Assembly: GCA_973895155.1 (NCBI GenBank)
Contig: OZ316891.1
Coordinates: forward strand, 19,183,048-19,247,047
Direction of reading: 5' to 3'
Source of the DNA: Marsupella aquatica
Taxonomy: Eukaryota; Plantae; Marchantiophyta
Length of the DNA stretch: 64,000 bases
A program made the position numbers and the translations under genes. Below are positions 1 to 14,735 of the stretch, one piece after another (positions within the stretch are counted from its first letter, which is position 1; every line of letters starts with the position of its first letter). A model generated the notes under the pieces. The model made no database searches, was not told where the DNA came from, and worked only from the letters and a program-made list of their open reading frames with translations.

Positions 1-1647
1 CTTAAGGTGCAGGCTAATGAATAGTCCACGACAACTTATTTCCGTGAAGCAGACCCAGTTGACGAGAACAATAAACGCGCTCCCACGGTGTACCCAGGAA
101 GATGGAAGCTCTTCATTTCGGATCGTTTCTTCAGAAACAAACACAGAGCATGATGAGTTAGGGACTAACGTAGGCTACCTTCGTCGTCCTTGCTTTCAAA
201 TCAGAATTCTGGCAGATTTCTTCGAGGACTATCACAGTTGGGTCATGTCTGCGATGAACTGGCTGGCCATTGATTCTTCTCTAGAAAGATGCAGTCTCAC
301 CGACGGCAGAAAGCAAAACATTTGTTTTCAGAAGTTCAAATTATGAACCCGACCCATGATGCATTTCAGTAATTCGATGTGTGATTTTGCAGATCGATTG
401 TGTCACCCACTCGAATGATACTGGGCCGGCTGAGCTCGAATTCCGAGTTGATCTCATTTCAGAGCTGGAATCTTCCGAAAGGAGGTCAAGGTTCCATAAG
501 TTGGCAGTACTGATCGTCAGGTAAGGAGAGCAGAATGATTACCCTGGTGCCAGAAATGGATTCTCAAATGGGCAACTCCCACTCCAGAGGTGGTCTAAAA
601 AACAGACCACAAGACATCCAAGGTTTTTTAACTGACACATTTTGTGATGATCTTTGATAGGGCTTACACTTACACTGAAATTAGTCTCTGTACATCACCG
701 CCAAAGAACAAAAAACGCCAACGGGGAGACAGCATCTCAAAGGCAAAAATTCCAATAAAGGGGGGGAGACCCAAAGGCAAAAATCCCAATAAAGGAGGGG
801 GGAAGGAAAAAGAATTTTAGTCTCTACTTAGCCCTTGGTTTCTTTCAGGTGTCTGGCTAGCACAATTGCTGCTTGTTCTTGTAAGGTGCCTCGTAGGCAT
901 ACATATATGTAAGAGTTGAGTTTTACTACATTGTCACTTTTCCTTTGTGTGATTACATAGTTACATCAAATGGTCATCCATTAGGGCAGCACCCTTTCTG
1001 ACCCTCAATATTGGGTAGTGTATCTTACTTGGTATGCTCCTGCCCCCTCTGGGTGCGCTCCACTCCCCTGTCCCCCCGGGTCAAGTGTGGGAGAGGGTGT
1101 TGAGGTTAATTTGAGGACAGTGACCCAACCATGAGGGTTGGATCAATCAAACCAAAGTTACTTTACTCGAGCAGTGATGGAGAAAGGTGGCAAAGTAATA
1201 AACTAAAAAGGACGGAAGAGCATGTAATTGGATAAAATACAGGGCAGCAATATAGTACATCTCAGTATGTAAGGGCCTTCCTCAATCCATCCCTTCCCTT
1301 TAGAAAACAAGGTGGGGACACGATGGCTCTATTAAGGAGTGTCCACCCCAACATTTATTCACAGTTCAGATGCAAACTAAGGAAGGCTTGAACTATTCTT
1401 GCCTTGATATCTAAGTAGTTTGCATGGCTCGCCTTTGATGTCCCTTCAAACGACCCAGGGTCCCTACTGATCAAAGCTTAAATGTTAAAGTGAATGATGG
1501 GGACATACAAAGAATGTTTCATCTTGAGCCAGAGTTGTACTCAAACAATTTGGTCTAAAGGTGGCCTAAAGTTCTGATAAAAAATTCCCCTCCCCAAAAA
1601 CAGTTTTTAAAAAACAAATTCCCCCTCCACAATACCATTTACTTGAA

Positions 1648-1680
1648 GGGCGGGGGGCACGGGGCGGGGGGCGGGGGGCG
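1648..1680 (+). other. G-quadruplex-competent G-run cluster
   Basis: GGGCGGGGGGCACGGGGCGGGGGGCGGGGGGCG has five G-runs of 3 or more with 1-3 nt loops; C-rich tracts lie just upstream (1587-1628). Confidence 0.6.
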
Positions 1681-4600
1681 CACAAAAGCCTTGTAAGGCG
1701 GGGATGATTGCTGTCAATATTATCATGTAAACTATGCCAATTATTGCCATTTGCTTTCAATAGATGGTCCGGCCACATGCAATCTAACACCAAACTGAGA
1801 CGATTCTTGGAAAGCAAACCCGCTTTGTTTGCAGGAGGGCATAATGAATCAAGGCCATGAGAGTCTGAATGGGATGGCCAAACAGTTAAGCTCGGATAAC
1901 TAAGCTCCACTGTGATGCCAGCTAGTACAGTCTTATAATCTGAATTAATACACTTTTTCCTACTTAAACTGCACCTGTATAGATCATGCCATACAAGGGT
2001 TAGCTCAAAAATTCTATTAAGCAATAGATGTGGGAGGAAGATCTAGACTCAGCTCAGGCCATGAGTATTAACAAATCGTATTCTTATTTTTATTATCTGA
2101 GTGACCAGAAACAATTTACTTGAAAAAGATGCTTCCATGGACCGTAGACACAAACCACACAATAAGGATGGACTAGTTAGGAATATTCCCTGTGACACTG
2201 TGAGCAAAATGCAGCCCATCCGAGCTGCAAAAATCCATGGGATGAGGTCTATCTGCGCTTCATCCTGGATTTACTTCCTGTATATAATTTCAAGTTAATA
2301 TTAAAGCCCAAAATTTTCTACTTTGCTAGCTCAAGCATTAGTCCTACCAATTTGTGATTAAACCTAAACACTGGAGTTGTCTGTAGCCAAACCTCTTATC
2401 AAATTCAACATCGACAAAATTCTAGACAATATGAGATGTTTTTCTTCACAGGAAGTCGAACTGCATTTTGTTCCAATTCCACAAGAAAATAGTACACATA
2501 GCATTAAAGCAGAAGGAGCCCAATACACATCAGAGGTTTCTGAGTACTATACCTCCGTTTCAATAAGTCAGAGAGGGATTGAAAATGGAATGCGAGTGCA
2601 TGAAGATTGCAAGTCCCAAAGGCAAATACTTGTCATTAGGCTATTGGTACGTAGAGATATCTCGTGCACCAAAAGTTTTTCCTAATTCAAAATCATCAAG
2701 TGAATAGTTTCCTTCAGCCTTTGAAAATGCTTCAATCTGTAGAATAAGGTGTCAGTTCAATCACAAGAGGAAAACGCTGCCAGTTGAAAGAGAGGGATGA
2801 CATCAAAATTAAGGAAGGAAAGCAGTGACCCAGAGTCATGTCTTGGGTTTAACCATACTCTTCTACGCATTTTAATTTTGACTCTGCTTCTAACCTCTCC
2901 TCACCTGGCCTTACCTCCTTTAGTTTTTTATTATTTAACTGAAAGAGGGGGAGTGAATCCCCGCCCAAGCATTACTACTTCTCACCTATTAAATTGGATC
3001 CAAGCTCTCCTACTTAAGTTTAACATCCTTGTGGCCAAATATTATGGTTGAAGTGAGAATCAATTGCAATGCTGGAGACTTTGCTGGATCACTTAAACCA
3101 AGCATGTCAATACAAAATGATTGTGTATCGGCAGTTCCACAACATGTTCAGCTTCTTAGTGAAGGGTTGGCATTGCAGTAAATGTCGAGGTCACCTTGGG
3201 TTTTCCCAAGCAAATTGTCATGGTGACCAAAGACGACTGAAGACTTCAGAGATGTTTCTAAAGGGATTGGCAATCCACATCCATGACAATTTAAGAACAA
3301 AGTACAGGGGCATGGATTCAAAAATCAAGAGAAAAGGAAAACCTTCCTAAGAAACTTTGTGAGAATTCTGATGCCTACAGTCATTTCTTCTGAAATTGGA
3401 TCGCTAAAATCAAGCTACTTAACATTGGTGTCACAGCTAAAATTCAAGTCCAAAGTAGGCAATTCAAGAAAACACAGAAATGTCCAATATAATTGTCTTT
3501 CCTAGAACAACCATCTGGCTCTTCAAGAGGTTAAGGGAAGCAGCCAATTCACGGAACTGTGACATTTTTAGGGCTCTCCCCAGCCCAAGCCTCTTTCCAG
3601 GCCATATTGGATGGCTGCTCCAGTAGGGTTTTCCTCTCCCCTCTTAATTTTTATTTTTCAAGTATTTGTTTGACGTCTACAGAACAATTCAATCAAGTTA
3701 ACTTTTCTTGTGTAAGTTGCTGTTGAAAACCTCAGCTCTAAAACTGAGAAAATGATTGACCTAAAACAGAACTTGTGTTGTGGGGGATTGTTGACTTTAC
3801 CCAGAAACTCAGTGATGACTCTTGATCTTATTATTTACAGTCCTTATTATCTTGCTCATTTTCAATAGTTGGAGGAGATTGGTTCTAAATCATTGACAAC
3901 AAAAGCCAGTGTCATAACAACACTCCTATTTTACTTGTCCATTGTGGTGGATGTGTATGCCATTTTGTCTATCAGGCAAGAAGCAATAGATGCAAACTCA
4001 GCGCAATGCTGGTACCTCTAATTTGATAACTGCGGATCCAAACCACTTCAATACAACCAATCCACCCTCATCGTATCCAGGGTACAGACCGTTTTGCCTT
4101 TATAGGCAGCGATGGGGGACATGTTTCGAGGTTCTCGGACAATCCATGGCCATGTACTACCAAGGAAGGCTGCTGCGAGGAGTCCTAGGTCAATGTTTGG
4201 ACCTGGCAGTAGAAGGCGTTGGGGATTAGAGGAGGTGGTTCTTCCTCCTCCATCATTTCCAGTTACAACAGCTCATGCACTACATGATTTGTTGAAATGT
4301 GAAACTGAAGCTGTTAAGGAAAGTTTGGCTCGAGGCTACAAACGGCACCACGAGCTACCCAAACCACCACAATTATTGTCTAAGTTCTCTATCCGAGGAA
4401 TTGCACCACCTCCTCGTAAACCACAGTGCTTTGGAGGTCAGTGCTGTGTACAATCTTCACTGTATGAGCTTCATGCTTTTGTCATCTACTTATCTGCTGG
4501 AACGTCTAATGACTGTCAAGTACTTAGGTTTAGGTCTTGAATTGCATATTCAACGAATCATGATGATTTCAGAATCAGCATGTCATTCAAGTCATCCATG

Positions 4601-7600
4601 AGTGTTCCTTAAGAGATGGTATTGTGATAACTTAGATGCCAGAGTTATGATATATGTCAAACTTTGAACTAGTAAAGTAGCTAGTACTGTAAATGGAGTC
4701 AATTGTAGAAACGAAATTGTCTCGTTTGTAAATCAAAATAGTTCCATGATATGTTGGATCAACTCAGTGATGATGATATGCAGTTCAAGTGATCATTCAA
4801 GTAATTTTGTATAGACAGATATAAGTTGTTGAGAGAGATTGCCCATGCTGGGCATGAATTATAGTGCCTTGCCCCCTGAACGTGTTTGTCCAAGTTTTTT
4901 TCCTGTTTTCCGTCTTTCTCCCAGGGTCAGGTTTAGCTGCAGCTTCACTCTAGACCATAGACCTTCAAGGTAACTTTGCTTTGCGCTTATAAAATTAGAT
5001 TGAAGATAATGCATCTTTCCATCAGCTTCAATTTTGGGGGAATGGAAAGTTCGTCACCAGGTCAGCTTAATCTAGGAGCAACTAATAGTCATGAACATAT
5101 AAATAAGTGGGACTACTTATTTAGTGGTTATATGTTTGGCCTACTTGTTTAGGATCTAGATCCACTAAGGCATTTGGCAAGGAGTCGCTTCTGGCAAAAT
5201 CCCCTTCCAGAATATTTGGGGGGAGCATGGTTTCCCCAGGAGCTCAATCTAGAGGGAACCAAGCCCATGGTAGTCTGAGGAGTCCTACTGAATCACGTTT
5301 GTTTCAACCGGGGTTTCAACTCAAAGGACTTAAAACACAAGGTGAGCAAGTCGGATTGCAATGCCAACTAATGAGATTCTCCCCCCAACTCACACGTAGG
5401 AAAAGATAAAGGGCTAAAACTACGCAAGTCTCAAAGGTTGAAGGTCAAGAACACTACTACAACTGGGTGTTTTTTTGCAATAAATTGTCAATTCATATTG
5501 CTTTGACAACTTATAAAATCATTCCTCATTAATTCATAGCTTATAACAACAGGGATTCTGCTTGTGTAATGGGGGGACAAAGCCAAGCGTGAACTGGTCT
5601 AAGATTCTCATGTCAAACTACTTACATTAGGACAAGCCTACTTACAATAGGACAAGCCTTTTGAAAGTAGGCTAAAGGAGACATTAATCTGACATAAGGT
5701 GTTATTGACCTTTCTCTTAGGAACTCGGGCTACAATAATTGAGCAACTTGAGCAATATCGATTGAATTCTCAAGCAAGAATGCAACTAAAGCAACGATCA
5801 GGTAACCAAATTAAATCAGTTATACCCAGTAGCTCTCAAGAGTAATGTATAAAAGATTCTCTCCAACAACGTCAAATGATTGACCCAAAGTAACAAAGTC
5901 ACTTATATAGTAGGTATATGAACTGAAATTGAGTCATAGATAGTACCCATAATAAAGGAGACAGCAGTAATTCCTTCCACCCTTGCAGCTGATGTTGCAC
6001 TTTTGCTACACATCACCTAATTTTATTGGGAAGGCAAACTAAGTGTTGGTCTCCTTGCATGGCCCTTAACTTTATCCTGAGCAATAATCCTGAAAATGAT
6101 TAAGTAATGTCGCATATTAACATTAGGCCCAACCTTAGGATTCGATTGCTCTAAACTAGTCATCATACTTCACGTTGTACAAACCAACATGTCCCTTGGT
6201 GTGCATATTTGCCAAACACTGCCATGTATGTATCTTCTTACTGAAGCAACCCAAGTTTGGCTGCATTGCAATTTCTATTACATGTATTGTAAGGTTGACA
6301 TGAACGTGGACCATCCCCATGCATGTTAATAATCCATTGCACAATATCTGGTCACTTATACATCCAGCTGTTTACATTCTTGTGGTAAATTGACGCATGT
6401 CATTTTAGTTGGTTGCTTGATACCAGTTTATCACCCTTGTGTGATTAAAAAGTGTGCCCCTTCCCAGGCTTTTTCCACACTGACTGAGGTGCATTGAACA
6501 GTTCAAAAATAGTGCACTTGGGTATCCATGCATGGGATTCTATTTTTCATAATCTAGAGCCTACATTCTTCACTCATAAGTAGATTCGAATGAAAACAAA
6601 AAAACTACAACTAAATGGGTTGGTTTCATAAATTAGCGCGCGCTTTCCCTATGTTCTTAACATCCTATTTTCCTCCACACAGAGAGTTACTTGCTAGAGA
6701 AACATCATGAAAGACAACTATCCAAACAAGGAGCATGAGATGGTAGATGAGATACGGTTTCTGCATAGTCGTAAGTGACATGACCTCAAGATCATTTTCA
6801 AAATGTAATTCAGTCTCTTTGGGCATGATAATTGCACGGCAGGCTTACATAATTTGACAACTTTTCTGCTGTGGACCATCTGAATATTTGTAATGCACCA
6901 AAAGCTCATAAAGTTCTACAGTAAGAGACTCAACTTGTACATATTTGTCTCAATTACAAGTGGGGATACAGGTAAATAAATAGACACTTATAGTTTCCTT
7001 TGTGTAGTCAGCCTTAGTAAATCTTTTAATTTATTGTAATTTAATTGTATATTAATGTTGCTCAAAGCTCTTTGGTATATCACATGGCTCTTGTTGCAGA
7101 ATTGACAATGTGGTCGTCATTCCACCTTGATCTGACCGCCTTGAAGTTCAGTGTCAGAATATTACACTCCTTCTGAAACTGAAGGTAATTCTAAAACTTA
7201 TTTTCCAGCTAGTTGAAATTGTAAAACACATATATTATTATTGCTTTGTGAGTTGTTACAATGTCTTAGTCTAGGACACTTAAAGAGGGAAGCACTCACC
7301 ATGGTTTAACAATTACAGTGTATGAAAATGGCATGGTGAATAGATTTTGGAACTCAAAGGCTCCCACAGATGTCCGGGGGGGGGGTGGGTTTCTTCATCA
7401 ACTGATGTTGGGTCAGAAGTTCATCATAGTAAGGACTCAATTGGAATTCAGTAAGTTTTAGTTGAGTTTTCAATATGTGAATGAGTTCAGTGTAACATAC
7501 TTAGGTGCTCACATGTCACGCATCCAATCCATTGCATTAGTTGATATTCTTGTTGTAACTGATGGTCGGATCTAGCAGGATTATTGGAATTATGCGGAAA

Positions 7601-9865
7601 GGCTCGATCTCCACATTCAAATGCCAATTGTTATCATTGGCCCCATCATTGCCCTTATCCTGGTGAGTGCTAATTCAAAGCCCCTAGTATATAACTACAG
7701 AAATGTGAACAAGTCTAATCCATTCAACAAAAAGGACAATTTAAACAAAAGATAAACGTGCTTTACTGTTGAATGTGGAACTTCATCAACCTTGGAGATA
7801 ACTATTTTCAGCCTCCTCGACCCTTTTGGTTTTGGCTGGCCTGGGTGTCTTCTCAAACTTCTTTTTCTGATAGTGACAAGTCCTACTAAAGTGATTTTGT
7901 GGTTCTTTCATCGTCTCTTAGCTCATGAGTCCTTCTAGGGAGTCGTTTGAGTTATCATACAATCAGGACGTTCCTGGGAATCATTCTATCAGGGCTTTGA
8001 ACTTCAATTGAGTAGCACTTCAAGAGCAGTACTAGTCATTTCATTAGGAGTTTCTATTGGTTAAATTGGAGAAAGGCTGTCAGTTTTTGATGTAGTGGTA
8101 CTGTAACTTTTACTTGGATGCAGAATATAAAGATTGAATATATCAATTAACAGATAACATAGGCTGGGGTGTTGTGTGCTTGGCCACGACCTCTATAGAT
8201 GAGGTTTTATTCCTTAAGCAAGTAATCATTGTTGTGTACAATGAGCTTTCATGCCAGAGTTACATCTTTTGCAGGCCAGCCCATAAATGCGTTTAATAGA
8301 GACATCAGTGTGGTCCTGGATGTGCCTAGGAGAATACCCCACCGTTCACATTTACTAACCAGGTGGAGGCCTCGAGTTCAAACCTTTGCACCAGCAAAAA
8401 ACTTAATAATGTTGGCCTCAACCCGCCTTGCTTGGGCCTGTGTTACATGAAAAACATCTTTCATGGGCAATCAAGAGGGTAGGACGAGTGCATTTTAGGG
8501 GAGGGAGAGGGTGCAGTTTAGGTGAGTACTCTAGCACAAAGGCACGGAAGTAGATTTTGTCAATTATTAGTTATCTTGCCTTAAACTTGGGTGGATCTCA
8601 AATTGGGTAGCTTGGAAGGGTAAACTGACTGTACAAATAAAGATTTAATTTGAGATAAACTGATTCTTTTTCCAATAATTGTTGGTCTTACCTGGGGTCC
8701 GTCGGGTATAGACAAGGGCCATTTTGGCTGACCTTGACAAGATTGGCATCTATACAATATGGGTGGACACAGATGCCAATATTTTTTTAATGATTTTTTG
8801 GGGGGTCATGCCACCTCAACTGTGCTCTGAGATGATGCAACGTGATTTTTTTTGATGTGACAACTACACTCTGAAAGGATGTGACGACTGGTACAAGTAA
8901 ACTGATTTATATGTGATGATACAGTTATACTCGTCAGGACAGGGGTAGGACTCAGGGTGGGTAGGAGGCAGGTAGGATGCCTAACATGTTTTAAGCCACA
9001 TCAATTAGAGTGAGGGTTAATTTATGTATCATATTGGTCGGTCATTTTATGCTCAATTAAAGAATGATAGCCAACTTAGAGCTAACAACTGAAGGTATAT
9101 TGCTGAGCTAATACTCAACTAATAGATTTAACTGTGAAGATTCAACCACAATTATCCTAGCCACAACTAGTACAAATACAAGTTGGGCATTTCTGGGCCT
9201 GATTTGGAGATGTACCATACTTCAAACATTCATTTGGCATTTTGCTGCTAAAGTTTGCACGTATCCCGGTATGTATCGAATGGTAATCTAGTATGACTTT
9301 GTTAAAAGAATCTGATATAATTGCTAGAAAACATGGGGAGGTAATACTACTGTTACAGCCAATCATTCAGATTTTGATTCCTTTTTCAGAAGAGCAAAGG
9401 GAATAATGGTTCAGTCATTGTTTCAACTCAAATCTTTGTAAAATGCACTATGTGGAGAGAATAGACCAAATGAATAGCCATGTCGAGCAAATTAATTGAC
9501 AGCACAGCCTAACATTATTATGTCTTGCACATATTAATAAGTCCCTAACTTAGAAGTATTACACATATTATTAAGTCCCTAACATTATTGTGTCTTGCAG
9601 TTTCTTGTGCACAGAGGTCCTAACCACTATCATGCTCAAAGATGATGGCTGAAAGACAAGCATATGATGCTGTTAAAGAAAGTAATTATATTGGATTGAT
9701 GGTCTGCATTGAGAATAATTACACCAACTTAGTCTAACTCATTACCTCATGAGGTTTCAATTGTGCCTCAATCTTGGATCATGAGAAATAAGGTCAAAAC
9801 CCTTGGCATTTCCAGTTTTAGGAAGTTCACAGAATGGCTTGTGCATGCCCTTTCACAGGGCTTTC

Positions 9866-12517
9866 CTACAGAGGATACCCTGATTTTTGGATGTCCACAA
9901 ATGTACCTGGGTTTCCCCAAACTTCTTGTAGCTCACTCCTGTATGTGAATTCACTCTCCAAGCCACCTGTGTCCACATCGGTATCCTCCACATAATGAAA
10001 TATATTTGCAGGGGGCTCATATGGGGGCACATAACAAATGTTGGCATCGCTTCCCCAGTATTGCCATCCATCTTTGGCATGTTGTCCCCGATATACAAAC
10101 AGCTCCACCCTACCCCAAAAGAAATAAGGTTCCTCTTTGGGGGCCCATGGACGTTTTGTTCCATCAATGAATGGTCTCACAATCACTGTGCCTTGGGTGA
10201 TCCCATACCTATATACATGCACGGTCCACATATATGGTTCTTTTAGATTTGGATAAATTTTACACTGAGGATTACTAGTCAGTGCTTATTCAAAATGTAG
10301 TTAGTAAGTTGGCATTCTGATGTTGTATATGATCGTTGATGTACAAAATGATTAAAAACCTTAGAACAATTTTGTTTCAGATGTTTTGACCAATGAGGAG
10401 CAATGGAGAATTGGAATGTTTTCTTATTTATAATTGATAAATGGGGGTAGGTCTGTGGTATTTGTTTGGATTATGTTTGACCAAATTAATATTGTCTGTG
10501 ATTTCTACATGGGAAGTTCCTTGCACACTCGATTGCACACCTGAATTGAAACCTAGGAGTCCACCACTTCACAAGAGACCGACGATAGTTGTTTTGATGG
10601 TCAAACTGCTCTTCCCAAGCACCTTGGCGAATGATGATATCTCCTAGCTTGGGCTTCACAGTACCATAAGGGCACTTGCTACCAATTTCTAAATCCTTAC
10701 CAGCGCTGTAAAGGTGATCATAGGTATAAGGGACCCAATCCAAGGCCTCCTTTTGATGGCATCCCATCAACCTCCAGGTGCCATCACTTGTGTATTGATA
10801 GAGGCTTACACTAGCAAAGGGATCATAGATGATTGGAGCTTCATTTGGACACCTCCTCCGCCTTCTCCGCCCTTGCTTAGGTGGTGGTTGGACATACCTA
10901 GCATTTCACCTTCTTACTTTGAGGTGTTCAATTGTTCAAAACCAGACATACACAAGTTGAGACAATTTGAAACTCACTGTCCACTAAAATGCACCCCATG
11001 TTTCAAACTTGAGCCAACTTCATTTTAGGAGCATTCTCCAGATGCAAGAAAAATAGCTTAATTTGGAATAAGTGTGGATGAAGCTGTCTGGATTGGGTTG
11101 GCAGCAGGACCACATTTTTTCTAGCTTTGTTATTGAGCATTCAAATCCCAGTGATGGCTACCAAGTGCCTAAAAGAGACATTTACAAGGTTCAAAACTAT
11201 ACTATGTAATATTAAATACCTTCCCAGGCACATCACCAGATCACCACTCTTATATACAAAGTTAGTGTCGGACTCCCTGAGTGTCATAATGCATGCCCCA
11301 TTTGGTATCCTCCAATCTGGGATTTGTCTTTTTGGGGGTACTAAAACAATATCCCCAACATCTGGCTTGAACATAGGATCAATCCCACCAGTCAGAACAA
11401 CATGGAGATGTAATGGTCTTGGAAGTTTTAGAGGTCTTCCTGGTGCTCGTAGCGGAGGTCTGATACGCTTCTGCCATTGGAATCTTTTCTTCTTCCCACG
11501 GTCTCTATCAGCACTAACACCATCGTCACTCCATGAATCCTGAGTGAGCAAATTGCGTTGATCTAAAGGAACCTTCTCGACATAAATAGTACTTCCTGTG
11601 TGACATTCCAAGATGAATGGGAATAAATCTACTTTTGACATGATTTCACTGGCCGCAAGGATGTTTCTTCCTGGTATGCAACTGAGTTTGGTTTTATGAT
11701 TGAGCTGTTTTTTAATAGCAAGGATATTTTTCTTTGAGAGAAAGGGGGGATGACCCCCAAAGCATTACTGGGGTTTATGAAAACATGTCAGCATCCCCGA
11801 GACCACCTTCCACCTAAGTAAAAAAAACTATGGTCCAAACTTATAACCAGCAATGGAAAGCCAGGATTCAGGTCAGACTCTAAGCAGATTGCGTTAGCTT
11901 CAACAAAACATATGGCTGTCAAACTAGTCGCACAAGCATATGTCAAAGAAATTTATTCCTTTCTGCAAATATTTATGATATATTATGCAAGACTCAATTC
12001 TTGGATACTAGGCTACTTCAAAAGCTTCCCTACATTATCTTGTCATTCTGATTGACCCATTAAAACCAAGATGCACTTTAAATTTGCTACATTCAATGCC
12101 CAAGTCAATCAACTAAAGTCCTAAAAAAGAATGGTTCCTCCAAGACTATATACAAATGGGCTTTCATGCAAAACTAGACAGTTTTTATGCTGGACTCATA
12201 CCTTGTTTTTTCACAAGACGAATGTCTTCCTTGCTTAGACAGTAGTGAATAATTTTATCCTCCCTTTCTGCCATACTTTCAAATTGAGGTACAAGGTAGT
12301 AGTCAGTGGCAAGATTGCAAGGGCCCTTGGGCTGCTTAGGCCTCCTGTCACCTGTCAACTTGTGCAGGCATTTCACGGGAGGATCTAGTACAATCTCATT
12401 TGCCTCATTGATGTCTGGATCTAGGGACAACATAGTGGTAGGCTTCCATGGGAATTCCAGAGGTTCATCACCCTTTGGCTTTTCATTGTAGTATGCACTC
12501 ACAATATGGATCGGCAT
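9866..12517 (-). pseudogene. Degraded or multi-exon coding region of unknown function (possibly TE-associated)
   Basis: Four co-oriented minus-strand ORF blocks with protein-like composition (12185-12517, 11141-11641, 10486-~10900, 9866-10231). A plausible donor AG|GTATTT lies at 11220/11219. GD(I/L)(V/I) motifs recur. Stops occur between blocks and no family was recognised. Confidence 0.3.
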
Positions 12518-14499
12518 GCTTAGATATTGGTTTAGTTTGATCCCTGGCTTCTTTCAGTTGTTAGGCTGTTGTCAATTGAAAAGAGGAAGAGAAATATTAG
12601 ATGATTTTGAGGTCATTGTTGTCAACTGTCTCCTCGTACACATACTTTCTCATTGCAGACAATCACGAGTCATTATGGCCCACTGTTATCATTCTATAAC
12701 ATTGTGCCCAAAATGTGTATGGCTTGCATTGAAGTAATCAGAGCAATTTCATCATGATAGGCATAGTTGATCCCAGGGTTCTTCTCATGACATTTTCATC
12801 TAGATCGATTTTGGTACTGCTTGAAAGTCCTTGGTCCATGCATAGAGCAAGATATCAGAGGGCGAGTCCCAGTTTTGTTGCAAGTTTGCTTAAATATCGA
12901 TGCAGAATGACATTTCATTCTCCTAATAGGAAGAAATTGCTTATAGCTCTGTTAATGTAACAGATCTTTCTTAACCTTGTTTATTGTCATGACCACAGGA
13001 CTTACTGCCTCGAAAACTTGAATACTGTGAACTTTGATGCCCTAACCATGAATTAGACCAGTCCTTGTTAGATGGACTGCAAAGTATGTGCACAAGTGTT
13101 CAATGACTAAAACCACATCTTGACTATTCAACTCATACATTAGCCTCTCCTCATAAAGTCTTAAAATCAGAAAGGAAATTAACCCTGATGATTAATGGAG
13201 TGATGGATATATGAGAACCAGTACCTGAGTAATACTGATAAGAATGGATGTCATATAAGTCCTCAATTGGATTTGTTGGAAGAAAATCCTAGACCAATTA
13301 CCTGAGCCTATATTTCTGAGCAATATCTGACGGGTTTAGATTCCCAGTGAGTTTGTGTAGAGATCCCAATTTACTCCCCTCTTCTTTCTATAATTCCTAC
13401 TCTACTAGCCATCTCGATCCATTCATTTCTCATCTCTTAAAAGCAACACTTTCCCTGCAGATTGTATATTGTGCTATACACCAATGAGTTCATAACCATC
13501 CATCCTCACGGCAGAGCATGCCAGGACAGACAATTGACTCCCGTCATGAAAATACGAATGCTCAACATCTTGGTGTTAATTGCATTACACCATGGCAATC
13601 AAATCAATCAAATTTATCCATAATTTGTTCACTTCTCCTAAATGCAACTCTTGGGAAATTAAAACTAATAACTTATTTATTCTCTAGATACACCCAAAGG
13701 TTTGCAACTCATCAAATCTCATAAGCATTGAAAATCTTTACTGTCGTCACAAACCATATTTCAAGGAGCCAATAGAGTATGAAAATACTGTAAAATCATG
13801 CATCAATAGATTGAAAATAGTGAAAGATTTATACGTTTGCGTACATGGAAGAACATTATGAGTGTTTTAATCCAAAGCTGAGAAATATAAGAATGATAGG
13901 GGTTTAAAAAACAAATTTGAGAATACTCCTACAAATTAGGGGTAGAAAATGGTTTCATTTTTGTTCTTATTTTTTAGTGTGTTTATTCACAGAAATCTCA
14001 CGCCTGATATGCCTGGGACCTCCCTTGGAATGAGGCCCCCAATATAAATTTATAGGATTCAACAATCCCATTAAGTTGGGAAATGCTGCAACAAGGCGCG
14101 GGGAGGTATCATGCAAAGTACTCTTGATCTTGTGGGGAATGCTGAAGCTCACAAAAAGCACAACAGTGTACAACACCCTTGATCTCATGGGAGGTCTCTT
14201 ACAAAAAGCCCTGTTGTGAGGCAATCTATCCACCACCTTTTATATCCATCACATACTGGTAATATGACGATGGAGAGAAGATGGAAGGGCCCACAGTTTG
14301 TGACTCAAGGTCAAAAGGAACCAACCGTACAGTCACGGCAATGCTTAATGTTTTGATGTAAAGCTTACTCCATAGCATATGCGGTGTGGCAAACATAAAC
14401 TTGAAAATTATTTAACGAAAGAGATTCCTTTTTCACCAGGCTTTGCTGGATCTAATAATATGGGCCAAATTTCACATAGGAAAAATGGCTGAAAGTAAT

Positions 14500-14735
14500 T
14501 ATGCTTTGGAGTGCTTTATTGGAATGACAACAACCATGGAGCATTGAACACAGATGAGATATTGTCTCCGGACACAGACAATTACACATCAATAGTTTTG
14601 CAACTTGCGTTGCCCTACATGCCACCAGAGTGGGGTCACCATTGAGGCCATTCTTGAGAGCAATCTGAGAAACTCATTTATTAATGCCCATTGGGTAGTG
14701 CCAATCAAGCTGCCCATTGTGCACAGAAAGTGAAG
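14500..14735 (+). pseudogene. Possible decayed SINA-like RING E3 ligase fragment
   Basis: Broken frames give ALECFI ... SGH...FCNLRCPTCHQ...IEAILES...NAHW. The order resembles SINA RING motifs (LECPxC...GH...RCPTC...LExxxES...). Stops and frame changes are present. Confidence 0.25.

Noticed and set aside
3990-4601. Three overlapping + strand ORFs as one frameshifted gene
   Set aside because: No recognisable domain or splice structure; cannot be supported without a homology search.
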